Counted from the first letter of the stretch, positions 1 through 11,758 are shown. The stretch is DNA of 64,000 nucleotides from an uncultured Gemmatimonadales bacterium (GCA_963715665.1 OY970263.1:2090757-2154756), one strand, 5' to 3'. Program-made: numbers and translations. The notes: a model not told the origin generated them from the sequence alone.

Positions 1-1823
1 CGGTTGGTGGGTACCGCCGCCATCGCGTCGGGGTCGATAGGAATCGACAGGATGAACCGGGCGCCGATGCCGGGGCCGGGGCGGTTTTCCACCCGCAGTG
101 TCCCCCCGTGCTGTTCGGCCAATCCGGTCGAAACCGAGAGGCCGAGCCCGGTACCCTGCCCGGTCGGCTTGGTGGTGAAGAACGGCTCGAAGATCCGGGC
201 CACCATTTCGTCGGCGATTCCACGGCCGCTGTCCTCCACCAGGATCTCGCTCCGCCCGTTGGCACCCCGGCCGGAGATCGTCACCGTGCCCCCCGGCCCG
301 GCCGCATCGATGGCGTTGTCGATCAGGTTGACGAGGATCTGTTCGATCGCCACCGGATCGGCGACGACGGGCGGGAGGCGCTCCGGAAGCTTGGTCAACA
401 GGGTCACCTGCTGGTCGGCCGACTGGCTCCCCTGCGACGACGCCACCCGCCGCGCCGAAGCCGCCATGTTCACCGGCTCGCGCACGTCGCCCCTGCGCCG
501 GGCAAACGCCAGCAGGTCCTTCACGATGTGCCGGGCCCGCTGCGCCTGTTCGTTGATCATCCGCAGTCCGGAGCGGGACTCCGGATCGCGCGCCGACTCG
601 TAAAGCTGCTCGCTCTGCCCCAGGACCACCGCCAGCGGGTTGTTGAGTTCGTGCGCCACACCGGAAACGACGCGCCCGATCGCCAGCATCTTCTCGGCTT
701 CGGCCATGCGGCGCTCGAATGCTTCGCGCTCGCGCTCCGTCTCCCGTTGCTGGGTGAGGTCCCGCATGATGGCGACGGTGCCGCGGGCTCCGTCGACGTG
801 CAGCGACCCCGTCGTGACCTCCACCGGAAACGATGACCCACCCGGACGTCGTCCGATCGTTACGTACGGCGGCCCGGCCAATGGGCCCGACGCACCCTTG
901 CTCCCTGCCACAAGGGCGTCCGCCGCGTCGACCAGGTCGCCGATGTTGCGCCCGAGCAGCGATCCCGGCGATGACTCGAACATCGCGTCGAAGGCCGGAT
1001 TGGCCAGCTCGATCTCCCCGCTGGCACCGACCGTCACGATCGCCTCGCCAGCGCCCGAAATCACCCGCCGCAGTCGTTCCTCCGACGTGGCCAGCGCGTG
1101 CACCCGCTCGTTCCGCTCGCGCTCGGCATCGAGCAAGGCGTCCTGCACGAGCAGGATGATGACCGCCGAGCCAAGCAGCAACAGGAGGAGGGTGTCGACG
1201 TAAAACTGGAGGCGCAAATAAGCGCCCACAAAGGAGTCGAACCGCAATCGTTGGGCAACGCCGAAAACCCCCAATTCCAATACGACAGCATTCGTCGCGA
1301 ACAAAGTCATGGCCGCGGAGAGAATCAGCAATCCCCGTCGCCTCGGCCCGCGAGCCTCGTGAATCAGGAACTGGATGCTGCCGAACAACAACACCGGCGT
1401 GGCAAGCACCTCCAGCTGCCGCCCGAAGTCGTCGGCCTGCATCGTACCGATGAACGCACCGAGCATCGCCACACCGGCAATGGTGCGCCAGCGCGCGACT
1501 GATGATATCCGTCGCCCCGCAAAGTCGAAGATCCCGATCGCCACCAATGCGACAAACAGAAACTCAGCGGGCCAGTAGCTGAATCGGAGGAACGCCGTGA
1601 AGACGTTCGGCATGCTGACGACATGCAGAAGCCCCAGGACGACGTCGTAGGCCGGCCGGGTATCGGCCAGGGCCTTCGCCCCGAATGCGCCAGCCCAGGT
1701 CCAGATCAACTGCCGCCGGCTGCTCAACCGGGGCAATTGCAGGAACAGCAGGACCAGCATCACCGACGAGGCCCACTGGATGAACAAGCCCACCAGGCCG
1801 ACGATGGCGGCGCTTTCGCTCAC
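1..1823 (-). CDS. Membrane PAS sensor histidine kinase (3' end runs off the window)
   Basis: Not in the ORF track; translated by hand from GTG at 1823: hydrophobic multi-TM N-terminus, PAS (EAIVTVGASGEIELANPAF), H-box GVAHELNNPL, N-box QILVNLIDNAIDA, G1 DSGRGI, F/G2 IFEPFFTTKPTGQGTGLGLS. Confidence 0.92.
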   Translation of the reverse strand, partial: MSESAAIVGLVGLFIQWASSVMLVLLFLQLPRLSSRRQLIWTWAGAFGAKALADTRPAYDVVLGLLHVVSMPNVFTAFLRFSYWPAEFLFVALVAIGIFDFAGRRISSVARWRTIAGVAMLGAFIGTMQADDFGRQLEVLATPVLLFGSIQFLIHEARGPRRRGLLILSAAMTLFATNAVVLELGVFGVAQRLRFDSFVGAYLRLQFYVDTLLLLLLGSAVIILLVQDALLDAERERNERVHALATSEERLRRVISGAGEAIVTVGASGEIELANPAFDAMFESSPGSLLGRNIGDLVDAADALVAGSKGASGPLAGPPYVTIGRRPGGSSFPVEVTTGSLHVDGARGTVAIMRDLTQQRETEREREAFERRMAEAEKMLAIGRVVSGVAHELNNPLAVVLGQSEQLYESARDPESRSGLRMINEQAQRARHIVKDLLAFARRRGDVREPVNMAASARRVASSQGSQSADQQVTLLTKLPERLPPVVADPVAIEQILVNLIDNAIDAAGPGGTVTISGRGANGRSEILVEDSGRGIADEMVARIFEPFFTTKPTGQGTGLGLSVSTGLAEQHGGTLRVENRPGPGIGARFILSIPIDPDAMAAVPTN

Positions 1824-2015
1824 GACCACTTTCCGGATGGAAACATTGCATAACTATACGCCCGAACGGCCCCGGGGGGGGACCCCGAGGCCGTCCGCGG
1901 TGTCGCCCACGGGCCACACCTGTCGAACAGGTGCACGCCGTACGCACGCCTCGCCGAGCCGCGATCCGGGGACCCCGCTCGCGCCGACCCTGCCCGCAAA
2001 CCCCATCCTGTCGCG

Positions 2016-3812
<1,797 letters not shown>

Positions 3813-3941
3813 CCGGAAGGATATCGTCCTCCGGCCCGTCGCCCAACCTTCCAGTGGCGCCCGCCGTATCCCGGCATAGCTTTTTTGCGTTCCCGCAGTT
3901 CCCCCGTGGCGGTTCAACCCGCCCATACCGGAGTAACACAC

Positions 3942-4457
3942 ATGCGTCGTACAGTAGGCTTCCTTACCGCGGCCACGGTGCTCTTGAGCGCCGCTTCCCT
4001 GGCTGCACAGGCTCCGAACTTCGCCGGCTCCTGGACGTTGGTACCCGACACGACCGCCATGGCCGGCGGTGGTGGTGGCGGCGGCCGGATGGGTGGCGGC
4101 CGTGGCGGGTTTGGCGGGCTCGGGCAGCAGGTCACCATCGCGCAGGATGCCAAGACGCTGACCATCACCCGCTCCATGGGTGGCAATGACATGTCGACCA
4201 CGTATAACCTCGACGGCACGCCGACCAAGTCGACGATGAGCATGCGCGGCAACGATGTCGAGCAGACCAACACCGCCAAGTGGGACGGTAGCAAGCTGGT
4301 GATCTCGACCTCGATGGACATGGGCAACGGGCCGAGCACCACGACGATGACGCTGTCGACCGATGCGTCGGGCAACCTGATGGTCGAAACCACCCGCCCC
4401 GGCCGTAACGGCGGCGCGCCGACCACCCGGACGTCGACCTACAAGAAGGGTTCGTAA
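3942..4457 (+). CDS. Secreted hypothetical protein (lipocalin-like beta barrel with Gly-rich insert)
   Basis: GGAG RBS, ATG 3942, signal peptide ending SLAAQ, PNFAGSWTL motif, GGGGRMGGGRGG insert. Confidence 0.75.
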   Translation: MRRTVGFLTAATVLLSAASLAAQAPNFAGSWTLVPDTTAMAGGGGGGGRMGGGRGGFGGLGQQVTIAQDAKTLTITRSMGGNDMSTTYNLDGTPTKSTMSMRGNDVEQTNTAKWDGSKLVISTSMDMGNGPSTTTMTLSTDASGNLMVETTRPGRNGGAPTTRTSTYKKGS

Positions 4458-4483
4458 GCAACAGGCGCAGTTCTGAGGGAAAC

Positions 4484-4518
4484 GACGGGCCGGGAGAAAT
4501 CCCGGCCCGTTGTGTTTT
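4484..4518 (+). terminator. Rho-independent terminator
   Basis: ACGGGCCGGGA-GAAA-TCCCGGCCCGT stem-loop followed by TGTGTTTT, just after the 4457 stop. Confidence 0.8.
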
Positions 4519-4537
4519 CGTCGGTGATGGGAGAATG

Positions 4538-4671
4538 AAAAGGCGCCCAGAGCCCAGAGCCCAGAGCCGAGAGCCGAGAGCCCGGAGCCCAGAGCCCAGA
4601 GCCGAGAGCCCTGGGCTTCTGGGCCCTGGGCCCTGGGCCTTGGGCTTCTGGGCTCATGGCTCCCGGCTCCC
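4538..4671. repeat. Heptamer tandem array (AGAGCCC-type) followed by its inverted complement
   Basis: About 9 AGAGCC(C/G) units then about 8 CTGGGC(C/T)-type units; overlaps the amidohydrolase stop. Confidence 0.9.
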
Positions 4672-5988
4672 CAACCCATACACCTTCACCGCATTGTCGT
4701 GCAGCACCATTCTCGCCAGCTCCTCCGCCCGCGCTTCACTGATTTCGCCGTCCTGCACCATCCCGCCGAGGGCGCCGGTGAGCACCCACCGCGCATTGCG
4801 CGAGGCGATCCAGGCGAGCTGGTCCCACCCCTGCTGGTTGCCGCCGTCGAAGGCGTCGCTGCCGAACATCACCTTCTCCGGCCACTCGTTGAGCCAGAGC
4901 CGCAGCGTGTGCACCAGCGCCCCGGGCTCGCCGATCAGGTCCATCATCGAGATGTCGGTATAGACATTGGGCTTGGCGAGCATCGCCAGCGTCTCCTCCA
5001 CGTGGGGCCATCCGCCGTGGACGATCACGAACTTCGTGCCGCGCAGCGCCGGGTCGTCGAATACCGGTTCGAGTTGCTGGGGCGTTGCCCCCGCGGCGTC
5101 GTAGTACCCGCCGAACTGGTCGAGAACATGGATCTGGATGGCCATTCCGAGTCGCCCCGACTCCCGCGCGATGATCCGGAACAGGGTGTTCTCCAGCACC
5201 GTGTATTCGGCGTGGGTCGGCACGCCGCCGGCGGCGTAGCGGGCGTAGATCGCGCGGGACTGCGCGGTGTCGGCCGGACCGAAGTCGAGCGGCCGGAGGT
5301 ACGCCGCTTCGAACTTGATCGCCACCGCACCCCGGTCGCGCTGCATCGCCAGCGTCGAGTCGACCACGTCGCGCACATAGGCATCGAACGTCGCGGGGAC
5401 GTGCGCCTGGCCGAGTGCGGCGAGGTCGCGCAACAGCTGCCGTGCCTCGAGTGGATACAACGCCCTGAGATCCGGATTGCGCGACGCCTCGCCGCTGATG
5501 TCCAGCGGATACATCAGCGCGTCGTCGAACACCACCCACTTGAAGCGCGCCGGATCGAGTCCGTCCATCGCCACCCGGTTGGCGAGCATCAGGGTGTCGT
5601 TGGCCTGGTCGAGCGCCCAGTCGGGAAAGTGCGTTCCCTCGCGCCGGATCGTTGCGACCCGCGCGCTGTCGACCGACTTCGCCCACGGCGTGGCGGTGTC
5701 GGTTCCCTTCAGGCCGTAGAGCGTGCGCTGCGCCACCCGGAATACCGGGTTCTCCGGCCGCAGCCCCCAGGGAAGCGGGAACGACGGAATGCCGTCGAGC
5801 GGCAGCGCGTCGTAGTCGGTGTCGGCCGGCGCACCGGGAGCGACGTACGCCAGCGGATGCGCGTGGGTGTCGATCGCCTTGATGCCGCGGATGTACGCGG
5901 CAAGGGTGTTTCCGCTGCCCGCGACATTGCCGCAGGCGGCGAGGAAGACAGATGTCAGTACCAGCGGGAACGTCGGGTGACGTGCCAT
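4654..5988 (-). CDS. Amidohydrolase family lipoprotein
   Basis: GGAGG RBS before ATG 5988; lipobox LAAC; IDTHAH metal motif, QIH, VHGGWP, KVMFGSD. Confidence 0.9.
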   Translation of the reverse strand: MARHPTFPLVLTSVFLAACGNVAGSGNTLAAYIRGIKAIDTHAHPLAYVAPGAPADTDYDALPLDGIPSFPLPWGLRPENPVFRVAQRTLYGLKGTDTATPWAKSVDSARVATIRREGTHFPDWALDQANDTLMLANRVAMDGLDPARFKWVVFDDALMYPLDISGEASRNPDLRALYPLEARQLLRDLAALGQAHVPATFDAYVRDVVDSTLAMQRDRGAVAIKFEAAYLRPLDFGPADTAQSRAIYARYAAGGVPTHAEYTVLENTLFRIIARESGRLGMAIQIHVLDQFGGYYDAAGATPQQLEPVFDDPALRGTKFVIVHGGWPHVEETLAMLAKPNVYTDISMMDLIGEPGALVHTLRLWLNEWPEKVMFGSDAFDGGNQQGWDQLAWIASRNARWVLTGALGGMVQDGEISEARAEELARMVLHDNAVKVYGLGSREP

Positions 5989-6002
5989 TGTGTACCTCCG
6001 GT

Positions 6003-6138
6003 CAAAGGCGCCCCAGAGCCCAGAGGCCAGAGGCCAGAGGCCAGGGCGCCGTTCGCTCTCCGGGTCTCCTGGCTGCCCTTCACCTGGGCTCTGGGTTCTG
6101 GGCTCCGGGCTCCGGGCTCCGGGCCCTGGGCTCCGGGC
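6003..6138. repeat. Heptamer tandem/inverted array between divergent genes
   Basis: AAAGGCGCCC(CAGAGCC/CAGAGGC)n ... (CTGGGCT/CCGGGCT)n. Confidence 0.85.
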
Positions 6139-6150
6139 TACTCTTATTCC

Positions 6151-6921
6151 ATGCCCGCCCCCACCCACGGCCTCGTCCGGCGTCCGCCACGATCCTACCA
6201 GTCGTACTACGCCGCGCAAGGCGTCGCGATCGACATGGCGCGCGCCGATCACCAGCACGCCCTCTACGTTGCGGCGCTCGAGCACGCCGGCGTGACCGTG
6301 TCCGACGTGCCGCCCGACGAGGCGCTGCCCGATGGCGTCTTCGTCGAGGACACCATGGTGGTCCGCGGCAATCGCGCGCTGGTGACCCGCATGGTGGATC
6401 GCCGAGAAGGGGAACAGCACGCCGTGGCGGCGGCGCTGCGCCCCACCCATACCCTGGTCTCACTTCCTCCCGGGGCGCGCCTCGAGGGTGGCGATGTGCT
6501 GCAGGTCGAGCGCACCACCTACGTCGGGCTCTCGTCGCGGACCAACGCCGCCGGCGTCGCCGCGCTGCGGGAGTTCGTCCGCCCCGCCGGCGAAGAGGTC
6601 GTCACCGTTCCGGTCGAACGGTGCCTCCACCTCAAGTCCGCCGCCACCTACCTCGGCGACGGCTGCCTCCTTGCCGCGCCCGAGTGGGTCGACCTGGCCC
6701 GCTTTGCCGTCGATTGCATCATCGAGACCGCCCCGGGCGAGCCGAAGGCCGCGAACGCCATCCGCATTGGCGGCGATCTCATCGCCCTGGCTGGCTACCC
6801 CGGAACCGCCTCCCGCTTGCAGGCCATCACGAGGGAGCGCAAGATCCACCTCCGCTTGCTCGACATGTCGGAGTTCGAAAAGGGCGATGGTTCACTGACC
6901 TGCCTTTCGATTCTCTGGTAA
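6151..6921 (+). CDS. ddah: Dimethylarginine dimethylaminohydrolase (amidinotransferase superfamily)
   Basis: PDGVFVEDT, LEGGDVL, LHLKS, SEFEKGDGSLTCLS catalytic motifs. Confidence 0.92.
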   Translation: MPAPTHGLVRRPPRSYQSYYAAQGVAIDMARADHQHALYVAALEHAGVTVSDVPPDEALPDGVFVEDTMVVRGNRALVTRMVDRREGEQHAVAAALRPTHTLVSLPPGARLEGGDVLQVERTTYVGLSSRTNAAGVAALREFVRPAGEEVVTVPVERCLHLKSAATYLGDGCLLAAPEWVDLARFAVDCIIETAPGEPKAANAIRIGGDLIALAGYPGTASRLQAITRERKIHLRLLDMSEFEKGDGSLTCLSILW

Positions 6922-7001
6922 CCGGACGTGCAAGCCGACGGCCAGCGGCCGTCCAACCAGAAGGCGGCACAACGCCGCCGACCACCCTCGGAGGAGATGC
7001 C

Positions 7002-7328
7002 ATGGCAGGTGCCAAGCGTGCAGCGAAGAAGGCTACCGACGAAGCGACGATCGCCGTAGAAGAGGGACGCAGCGCGGTGCGTCACGCCAAGGAGAGCCTG
7101 CGCCAGTCGCGTACCGCCGCCAAAAGCGCCGGCGCCAAGGCGAAGAAGCTGGTATCGCGCGCCGCCGACAAGATCAGCGGCCGTGCCAGGAAGCGTCGCC
7201 GCCGGGTCGCGGCCGCGGTCGGCGCTGCGGCCGCTGTTGCCGCCGCCGCAGGAGTGGCGATCGCCAGGAGCCGCGGCGGGAAGCCCGCCAAGTCCTCCGC
7301 CAGAAGCAAGAAGGGAAAGCGGAAGTGA
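7002..7328 (+). CDS. Small basic Ala/Lys-rich hypothetical protein with one hydrophobic segment
   Basis: GGAGGAG RBS, ATG 7002, MAGAKRAAKKA...VAAAVGAAAAVAAAAGVAIA...KKGKRK. Confidence 0.7.
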   Translation: MAGAKRAAKKATDEATIAVEEGRSAVRHAKESLRQSRTAAKSAGAKAKKLVSRAADKISGRARKRRRRVAAAVGAAAAVAAAAGVAIARSRGGKPAKSSARSKKGKRK

Positions 7329-7474
7329 TCCGGAAGCTGGCCGATGGGAAGTACCGCCTCTATTCGCGGAAGAAGAATCCGAAGACCGGCAAGCGCCGCA
7401 ACCTCGGCACCTTCTCGACCCGCAAGGCGGCGGAGAAGCACGAACGGGAAGTGCAGTACTTCAAGAGGCACTAG
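7325..7474 (+). CDS. 49-aa basic hypothetical protein (AP2/integrase-arm-like signature)
   Basis: Below the ORF-track cutoff; GTGA overlap with the upstream stop; MIRKLADGKYRLYSRKKNPKTGKRRNLGTFSTRKAAEKHEREVQYFKRH. Confidence 0.8.
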   Translation: MIRKLADGKYRLYSRKKNPKTGKRRNLGTFSTRKAAEKHEREVQYFKRH

Positions 7475-7484
7475 GAAAACAAGA

Positions 7485-7545
7485 GCGCCCAGAGCCCAGA
7501 GCCCAGAGCCCAGCGCCGAGGCTCTCGGCCCTGGGCGCTGGGCTG
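7485..7545. repeat. Heptamer tandem/inverted array
   Basis: GCGCCCAGAGCCCAGAGCCCAGAGCCCAGCGCC...CCTGGGCGCTGGGC directly after the 7474 stop. Confidence 0.8.
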
Positions 7546-7642
7546 CTTCTCCGTTCCACCCTTGCAACAACAATCTTGCCCGACCGGCACCCGATATACC
7601 TTTTGGTCGCGGGCCAATTGCCACCATGTGGAGGAGCAAGCC

Positions 7643-7912
7643 ATGCCGCAGACCGAAGAGCACCGGGTACCTGGCGAGAAACTGGTCGATCGTGTCAAGG
7701 AACTGGTCAAGGAGGGGAACGCCCGGCGGATCATCGTCAAGAACGACCAGGGCCACACCCTGATGGAGATCCCCCTCACGATGGGCGTGGTGGGTGCGGT
7801 CCTTCTCCCGGTCTGGGTGGCCCTCGGCGCCATTGCGGCACTTGCCCAGCATTACACCGTGGTGGTCGAGAAGAAGGACGGGAGCAGCACGGGGATGACC
7901 GCGAGCAGTTGA
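7643..7912 (+). CDS. DUF4342 domain-containing protein
   Basis: GGAGGAG RBS; GEKLVDRVKELVKEGNARRIIVK...EIPLTMGVVG. Confidence 0.85.
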   Translation: MPQTEEHRVPGEKLVDRVKELVKEGNARRIIVKNDQGHTLMEIPLTMGVVGAVLLPVWVALGAIAALAQHYTVVVEKKDGSSTGMTASS

Positions 7913-7950
7913 GTGTCGCCTGTGCCCCGGGCTCTGGGCTTTGGGCCGCC

Positions 7951-10395
7951 TTACTTCACGATATCCAGCCGCGCTTCTGACGACGTGCTCTGCCCGCCGC
8001 CGGTGACCTGCAATCTCAGGCGGTAGCGTCCCGGCTCGAGGTTGCGCAGCCCCAGCGTGCGCTGGACTTCTTCCCAATCTGCATGTGCCGGCTCTGCCAC
8101 GCTCACGGTCAGGCGCGGCCTGGCGCCCGGTTTGGCGTTGTCCTGATAGAACTCGAACCGGAGCTGATACGAAGTACCCACCACGAGCCCGCTCAATTGC
8201 ACGTAGACCTCGGCGGTGCCGCCCGCCGGGAAGGTGTTGAGCGGGTTCAGCGGCACCTGCATCGTCCCCGAGTTCCAGAAGATGTGGCTGTCAGGGCGGC
8301 CCAGCACGAGGTCGCTGGCGGCGAGCGTGGTGCTGGTGGCCCGAGCGGCGAGGTGATCGAGCGCCGCCACGGCGCCGCGACCGTCGCTCTGGGTAAAGGT
8401 GACGCTGGCGGCGTAGCTGCCCGGTGCGACGGCAAACTCCTCAGTGCCGGTCAGGAATTCGTCGCCGCTGAGTGGCGCCGTCGTGGCAAATTCGCGGAGC
8501 GTGTCGAGGCCGGCGCGCTGGCCATCGCTGGTGCGGGCGGCGGAGACGAGAATATCGAGCGGATACACGACGCGGCCGCCGGCGGCGGGTGGCGTGGTGT
8601 AGGTCAGTTCCTTGCCGGGAACCGCGAACGCGACGACCAGCTCCGGGTGGTGGTCCGTTGCCCGCGCCAGACCGTAGATCTCCACGGCCGGATGGACGGC
8701 GTGTGTGAAGGTACGCGTGTCATGGTCGGTGGAGGTGGCCAAGTCGATCGACGCGCGGCCGGCATCGCGGGCGCGGACAATGTTGTTGCTGGAGATCCCG
8801 TCACCGAGGACCTCCATGTTCAGTCCTTCCGCAAGCTCGGCAATTCGCATCACCGGGGGGCGAAAGTGGATGCTCGGGCACGCTGGCGGAGTGAATACCA
8901 CATTGTTTTCGCTGAGCGTATCGAGCTTGGCCGGGGAGAAGCGCGTCGACGAGGAACAAAGCGAGGTCATGACGCCGCAGACCTGATTCCGGATCGCTGG
9001 AGACATGCTGAGGATCGTCGGCACGAGGGTCGAGGCACCCGACGCGCCCTGGAAATCGCTGGCGCGGAACTGCAGATAGAGCGGCCCGCTCGGGCGATCG
9101 TAGCGCCACACCTCCACCGCATCGCCCTCGATGGACTTTGCGATCTGGTCCGGTGGCCCCTGGCGAATCCAGACAGCTCCCCGATCGTCGACCAGGTCCT
9201 GCGTCGGCGTGTAGTAATCGAAAGGCGAATCATGCCCGATCGTCTCGGCGTCGTTGAGCAGATGCGCCAGGTCGGGGAAACATTCGGCGTACCGCAGCGC
9301 GAAATGATCGGCGTCCGCCTCATCCTGGAAGTCGAGGGACGGCAGCGCCGAATGGAACTTCTGGCGGCCGGTTTCGGGGATCGAAAGCGGATAGACTTTC
9401 AGGGCGTATTCGAGTCGCTTGTAATGTTCGACAAGCCGAGCGCCGGGCTTCAGCCCGTCGGCTACATCCCGCTTGGCCCAGAATCCGGCGATCCAGCCGG
9501 AGCGGTGCTCGGCCGGCACACTGTCATAGGCGGCGAGCTCGGCGGGCGAGGCCACCCAGGCGATCGCCCGGCGGTAGGCCGCCTTCGCCGTGTCGGTCGC
9601 GGTGCCGGCACCCTGGATGAGCACGGCGTAGCCGTCCTGCGGGTCGCCGGTGGCGTAGAGGTCCTCCGCCAGTGCCAGCGAAACGGCGCCGCTATCAACC
9701 TTGCCCGAGGCCAACGCGCGCTGCTCCAACGCCATCGCCGAGTCGCGGTTGCCGGATGCACGCTCCAGCCGGGCGGCATCGAACAACGATGGTGGAGTCA
9801 GCAGCGCCCGTGCCTTGCGGAGTGCCGCGACGGCGGCCTTCCGCGTCAGGCCATCATCGTGCGCCTTCGGCAGCTCCGCGAGCGCATTGGCCGCCGCCGC
9901 GAACGACGGGTCGAGTTTCAGCGCTTCGAGGAACGCGCTCCCGGCGCCGGTGATATAGCTGGTCCCGGGGAGCATCGCGGCGCCGCCGCGGGACAGGACC
10001 GAATCGCGGGCAAGTTGCAGGCGAATGCGCCCAAGGCCGTACCACGCAACCGGGTTCCTCGAGTCGTTCTGGGCGAGGCGCTCCAGCAGGGTCTCGGCGT
10101 GGAGGGCATCGTTCGGGTCGCCGCTAAGCTCGGCGCGCCGACCGGCGCGGAGGGCGGCACATGTTGCCGCGCTATTGATGAGAGTCCCCACGCACGAGGC
10201 AGACGAAGAGACTTCGCCGGGGGAGACAGCGGAATACAACGCACGAACGGCCGAATCGGTCACCACTGCAGGTACTTGGGCCGTGGCACATGCACCACGA
10301 AGCACCGACATCGCCGCGGTGAGTCCACACGCCAGCACCTGAGGGACTCTCGAACACCTTGCTCTAGCGGTCCCCGTGACGATCGCCATCGCCAT
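7951..10395 (-). CDS. GWxTD domain-containing protein with N-terminal TPR-like region
   Basis: FWAKRD...RLVEHYKRL...DDRGAVWIRQGPPD...EVWRY signature; TPR-like AWYGLG; C-terminal beta sandwich; start uncertain. Confidence 0.82.
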   Translation of the reverse strand: MAMAIVTGTARARCSRVPQVLACGLTAAMSVLRGACATAQVPAVVTDSAVRALYSAVSPGEVSSSASCVGTLINSAATCAALRAGRRAELSGDPNDALHAETLLERLAQNDSRNPVAWYGLGRIRLQLARDSVLSRGGAAMLPGTSYITGAGSAFLEALKLDPSFAAAANALAELPKAHDDGLTRKAAVAALRKARALLTPPSLFDAARLERASGNRDSAMALEQRALASGKVDSGAVSLALAEDLYATGDPQDGYAVLIQGAGTATDTAKAAYRRAIAWVASPAELAAYDSVPAEHRSGWIAGFWAKRDVADGLKPGARLVEHYKRLEYALKVYPLSIPETGRQKFHSALPSLDFQDEADADHFALRYAECFPDLAHLLNDAETIGHDSPFDYYTPTQDLVDDRGAVWIRQGPPDQIAKSIEGDAVEVWRYDRPSGPLYLQFRASDFQGASGASTLVPTILSMSPAIRNQVCGVMTSLCSSSTRFSPAKLDTLSENNVVFTPPACPSIHFRPPVMRIAELAEGLNMEVLGDGISSNNIVRARDAGRASIDLATSTDHDTRTFTHAVHPAVEIYGLARATDHHPELVVAFAVPGKELTYTTPPAAGGRVVYPLDILVSAARTSDGQRAGLDTLREFATTAPLSGDEFLTGTEEFAVAPGSYAASVTFTQSDGRGAVAALDHLAARATSTTLAASDLVLGRPDSHIFWNSGTMQVPLNPLNTFPAGGTAEVYVQLSGLVVGTSYQLRFEFYQDNAKPGARPRLTVSVAEPAHADWEEVQRTLGLRNLEPGRYRLRLQVTGGGQSTSSEARLDIVK

Positions 10396-11413
10396 TCCCT
10401 TCGTGGTCCGGCAAGCGGAATGCGTACACCTGGTCGTCGGCAAGCAGAACATCGCTTGCGCCGCTTCCGATCGCGGTCGGAGTCAACCGGCGACCGCGGT
10501 CGGTCCCATCGACAAAGACTGCTTCGTGGAGTATCCACCGCCGGAGATCAAGAGCATAGACGTCGGACATGAATCCGGGCTCCTCGAACCCGAGCACTGC
10601 CCAGCTGCTATCAATGCCGCCCAGGAACCGGAAAGGAACCGCCGGCGCCTCATGCCCAACCAGTCGATTCGCGATCGGACCAAAGACGCGCTGGCCAACC
10701 CGATTGATCTTACTCCGGAGTGCAGACGGAAGACAACCGGCCAGTGTAATCGCGCCATCTTGGAGGCCGACACCGAAGAGGCAGCCGTCGCGATCGCGAA
10801 AGGCGAGCAGACGAGACGGCGAGACCTGAAGGAGTGCCCCGAAGGAAGCGCCTTTCCGCCAGGCCAATCCGGTCGGGATTGTCTTCAGCTCGCCCGATGG
10901 CGACACGTATTGAATGGTGGCGATCCCGCTTCGGGAGTTCAGGGTAAAGACGGCGCCGCTGCTTCCGAGTACCGGGATTCCGGCGAGAGACGCGGGGAGC
11001 CTGCGTTCGGCGCGAAAGGCCCCGGACTCGTCGAATGTGGCCACGACTCGTCGAACCGGGTCGAGCACTAGAAGTTGATGCCCGGCCAGAACGAGCGCGG
11101 TTGCACTGCGGAGTTCGCCTGGACCTGCCCCCCATCGAGCCATGCCATCGGTCTTCGTGGCTGTGACTCGGCCCAACGGGAACTCCGACCCTGGATTCAT
11201 CGCGACTGCCACGGTTGCGCTGTCACGAGTTTGACCGACGGCTGCAATTCCGGAAGCCAAGCCGGTCAAACCCTCATTCGGGCCCAGTGGGCTAACGGTG
11301 ATGACCAACGCACTGCCCTGCGCAAACTCGTTGTCCCTATCCGGCCACCGATGGCATGCGAACGACATCACGAGCGTCACCGCACTGGCCCCTGCGGCCA
11401 GCCGACGTCTCAG
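10364..11413 (-). CDS. Putative beta-propeller-like lipoprotein
   Basis: WGAGPGEL...LLVLDP...TFDESG NHL/6-bladed-propeller-like repeat; in-frame CTG at 11413 gives lipoprotein signal RRRLAAGASAVTLVMSFAC (ORF track starts at GTG 11380). Confidence 0.6.
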   Translation of the reverse strand: MRRRLAAGASAVTLVMSFACHRWPDRDNEFAQGSALVITVSPLGPNEGLTGLASGIAAVGQTRDSATVAVAMNPGSEFPLGRVTATKTDGMARWGAGPGELRSATALVLAGHQLLVLDPVRRVVATFDESGAFRAERRLPASLAGIPVLGSSGAVFTLNSRSGIATIQYVSPSGELKTIPTGLAWRKGASFGALLQVSPSRLLAFRDRDGCLFGVGLQDGAITLAGCLPSALRSKINRVGQRVFGPIANRLVGHEAPAVPFRFLGGIDSSWAVLGFEEPGFMSDVYALDLRRWILHEAVFVDGTDRGRRLTPTAIGSGASDVLLADDQVYAFRLPDHEGNGDGDRHGDR

Positions 11414-11494
11414 ACCGCGGGCTGGCCCGGCACATCTGGAAGGCGCGAAGATCGTAGTCGCCCGGTCTCTGTACGGCAGGATGCCAGTGTCCGT

Positions 11495-11758
11495 TCACGC
11501 ACCGGGACAGGATTCGCAGTCGAACTCATAAAGCCCCGTGGTGGGCAGGCCGCACGAATTATCGCCGTTTTGGCTCTGGCCGTATACGCCCGGCCCCGAC
11601 TGGCTGCCGTACGCATCTTCGCAGTAGAGGAGGACCATGCCTAGGTCAGGAAAACACTCACTGCACACATAGCCCTGATCGGCGGTAGCCGGCCGAGTGA
11701 GGACAAATGAACCGATGACGACGACGTACGCAGCAAGGAGCGTGGTGTTGACGCGCAT
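11495..11758 (-). CDS. Small secreted cysteine-rich peptide (87 aa, 6 Cys)
   Basis: GGAGG RBS, ATG 11758, Sec signal ending PATA, mature part has CSEC...C...C...CESC. Confidence 0.8.
   Translation of the reverse strand: MRVNTTLLAAYVVVIGSFVLTRPATADQGYVCSECFPDLGMVLLYCEDAYGSQSGPGVYGQSQNGDNSCGLPTTGLYEFDCESCPGA

Noticed and set aside
4..1502. Plus-strand ORFs at the window start
   Set aside because: Antisense to the histidine kinase, which has all canonical boxes
11495..11758. Classical RiPP precursor or heme-binding cytochrome
   Set aside because: No radical SAM, YcaO, LanM, DUF692 or peptidase-transporter nearby; the CxxC motifs lack the following His of CxxCH
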